IMG/VR virus record: IMGVR_UViG_3300045988_009865
Span: 1 to 64,000 of that record
DNA from: a virus
Lineage: Duplodnaviria > Heunggongvirae > Uroviricota > Caudoviricetes
Strand: one strand, 5' to 3'
Length of the DNA stretch: 64,000 nt
The position numbers and the translations under genes are program-made. The stretch's first letter is position 1, and each line of letters opens with the position of its first letter. A model generated the notes under the pieces. That model did not search any database, was not told where the DNA came from, and saw nothing but the letters and a program-made list of their open reading frames with translations. Of the stretch, positions 62,148-64,000 are shown one piece after another.

Positions 62148-62663
62148 ATGTATCTGTCAAATCTGAAACGTTCTGCTGCAATGTCTGTCCTAAGACTGAG
62201 CTTTGATGAACGTCAAGAGTTCATTGACTCCCACCAATACGACCCTTCTAACTCTAATCACATGATTCTCTGGAATCGTGACAGTACTCGTGAAAGAGCA
62301 CTATTCCGCTATTACCCATATTACACCATAGATAATCTGTATGAATGTTTTGTTGTGAAGAACACCATTGTAGTGCTCAATAAGCTTTGTAGATACACAG
62401 GTAACCAGTCCTTCACATTAGGTCACCACAAGCCTGTTACAAAAGGTGGTGAACATCACTGTGCAAACTGGTTTATCCAGACTAAAGCTGATAATCAGAA
62501 GCAAGGAGATAACCTTCTAAGTACTCCTAAGATGACCTATGAAGAGCAAGAGAAATATATCAAAAATAATATGCCAGATGTGCTTGACAACAACTATACA
62601 GATTTGGCAATATCTCTCCTGTTGAAGTTTGAGACAGTTTATAGGGCAACTTACAATGGCTAA
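62148..62663 (+). CDS. HNH endonuclease-like protein
   Basis: GHHKPVTKGGEHHCANWFIQTKADNQKQG resembles HNH core (HH..P...GG......N). Confidence 0.5.
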   Translation: MYLSNLKRSAAMSVLRLSFDERQEFIDSHQYDPSNSNHMILWNRDSTRERALFRYYPYYTIDNLYECFVVKNTIVVLNKLCRYTGNQSFTLGHHKPVTKGGEHHCANWFIQTKADNQKQGDNLLSTPKMTYEEQEKYIKNNMPDVLDNNYTDLAISLLLKFETVYRATYNG

Positions 62664-62934
62664 AGCAGATTGGGAAATAAAAGACCTAATAAGTGATGCT
62701 GGAAATGGTTGTGAGATGTATATGATTCGTGGTCATGTACCAGACCCATTAGCTCTTGAGATGATTGACCATCACACAAATGGATTCTACAAAGAACTAG
62801 GTGAACCAAATGTTGAACGCACTTGGACAAAACCAGTACCAGATAGCACAGGCAACTGTTCAGTCCTCTATCACATTGTGAATCCACAAAAATGCAAAAC
62901 AGCTATGGCTGTGACATTCGTAACTTTTGATTGA
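62656..62934 (+). CDS. hypothetical protein
   Basis: ATG 62656 (MAKADWEIK...) overlapping upstream stop; track start 62629 is non-ATG. Confidence 0.4.
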   Translation: MAKADWEIKDLISDAGNGCEMYMIRGHVPDPLALEMIDHHTNGFYKELGEPNVERTWTKPVPDSTGNCSVLYHIVNPQKCKTAMAVTFVTFD

Positions 62935-62946
62935 GAGAGAAAAACT

Positions 62947-63828
62947 ATGAAAACATCTATCCGTGTTATAATTCATTCACCGACAAAAGGGTCTCATGAA
63001 GAAGAGTTTAACATCATCCAGTTCCCTTCTGGTGAGATTGGTGGACACTTTTCACAAGAGCTTGTTGACTTTACTGCTCACGCAGCATCATCCATCAACA
63101 ATGTGATTATGATTGTAAAAGGCTATGATAAAGACACATTGTTTGCTGTGGCACTTGCTAAAGAAGCAATTGATGATTTAGTTCCTCATGAATATGCCTT
63201 AAAGACTGTCATCTTTTACTACTTACCAAATGCACGATATGACCGTCACATGTTTAAAGGTGATGCAGCAGCTTTGAAGGTTTTTGCTAAACAGGTTAAT
63301 GCAATGGGGTTTGGTGCGGTCTGTGCAGTTGACCCTCACAGTTATGTGCCAGATAACCTGTTTAACTGCTTCCAAAGTATTCCTCAAAATGAAATTGCAG
63401 TCCACTATGCAAATGACCCACTGGTTGATTACTTAGTAGCCCCAGATGCAGGTGCTTCTAAGAAGATTGCAGAGTCTGCTAAAGAGGTGGATAAACCATA
63501 TATCACAATGTCTAAAGTACGTAACCTTAAGACTGGTGAAATTACTGGTATGCGAATCCTTGATGATGTTGATTTGACAGATAAAACTGTTATGATTCTG
63601 GATGATATCTGTGATGGTGGTCGAACCTTCATAGAAGCAGCTAAACATCTTCGTGAAGCAGGTGCAAAACGTGTAGAACTCTATGTAACACATGGTATCT
63701 TTTCTAAAGGTGTTGAAAACCTTCTTGACAATGGTATTGACCACATCTACACTACAAACTCTTTAGGAGAAGCTAAAGACCGTGGCTTAACACATTATGG
63801 TCAAGTTACTGTAGCAAACCTTGATTAA
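62947..63828 (+). CDS. ribose-phosphate pyrophosphokinase (PRPP synthetase)-like protein
   Basis: 293 aa; PRPP-binding-like loop MILDDICDGGRT; directly upstream of NAMPT-like gene. Confidence 0.7.
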   Translation: MKTSIRVIIHSPTKGSHEEEFNIIQFPSGEIGGHFSQELVDFTAHAASSINNVIMIVKGYDKDTLFAVALAKEAIDDLVPHEYALKTVIFYYLPNARYDRHMFKGDAAALKVFAKQVNAMGFGAVCAVDPHSYVPDNLFNCFQSIPQNEIAVHYANDPLVDYLVAPDAGASKKIAESAKEVDKPYITMSKVRNLKTGEITGMRILDDVDLTDKTVMILDDICDGGRTFIEAAKHLREAGAKRVELYVTHGIFSKGVENLLDNGIDHIYTTNSLGEAKDRGLTHYGQVTVANLD

Positions 63829-63836
63829 AACTTTAT

Positions 63837-63859
63837 AGGGGCTTAAAAGCCCCATTTTG
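63837..63859 (+). terminator. hairpin GGGGCT-TAAA-AGCCCC then ATTTT (weak T-run)
   Basis: between PRPP-synthetase-like and NAMPT-like genes. Confidence 0.45.
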
Positions 63860-63873
63860 AGAGAGATTAAAAG

Positions 63874-64000
63874 ATGACTAAATCACTTTATGCAGTCCCA
63901 GCAGGTTTAAAAGCAGATGCTTACAAATCTGGTCACATTTACCAGTACCCTAGTGCAACAGAATACTTGATGTTCAACCTGACACCACGTAGTGATAAGT
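63874..64000 (+). CDS. nicotinamide phosphoribosyltransferase-like protein (N-terminal fragment; runs off window)
   Basis: GAGAGAG RBS; N-terminus MTKSLYAVPAGLKADAYKSGHIYQYP resembles NAMPT N-terminal D.YK..H..QYP motif. Confidence 0.6.
   Translation, partial: MTKSLYAVPAGLKADAYKSGHIYQYPSATEYLMFNLTPRSDK

Overview
This window looks like about 64 kb of a large virulent tailed phage with a contractile tail (sheath, tube and a Mu/P2-style baseplate are present); the gene content (large tRNA cluster, dNTP-synthesis genes, NAD+ salvage genes, homing endonucleases) resembles Felix-O1-like myoviruses, but that is an inference from content, not a database result. Layout: (i) 1-1824, minus-strand small hypothetical genes including a tandem paralog pair; (ii) 1900-9700, a plus-strand early region with sigma70-like promoters, two protein genes, and a cluster of about 26 tRNA genes with an embedded HNH endonuclease, a membrane protein and several structured non-tRNA elements; (iii) 9746-33498, the plus-strand structural module (terminase, portal, protease/scaffold, capsid, sheath, tube, frameshifted chaperone, tape measure, baseplate, two His-rich tail fibers); (iv) 33535-44120, a minus-strand replication/nucleotide module (thymidylate synthase, DHFR, HTH regulator, DNA ligase, family-A DNA polymerase); (v) 44378-64000, a plus-strand module (dNMP kinase-like, primase-helicase, SSB-like, flap endonuclease, homing endonucleases, nrdA/nrdB, glutaredoxin, nrdD/nrdG, PRPP-synthetase-like plus the start of a NAMPT-like gene). 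The most unusual signals are non-coding: two duplicated intergenic modules in the minus-strand module built from tandem degenerate pentamers (ACC every 5 nt on the plus strand), one bracketed by its own promoter and terminator; four copies of a covarying stem element in the tRNA cluster; a circularly permuted tRNA-Thr-like locus; and a tRNA-like structure with alanine identity elements but an Arg-type anticodon loop, sitting downstream of a tmRNA-tag-like mini-ORF. All coordinates were derived by hand; tRNA ends and anticodon assignments are approximate and need tRNAscan-SE/ARAGORN.
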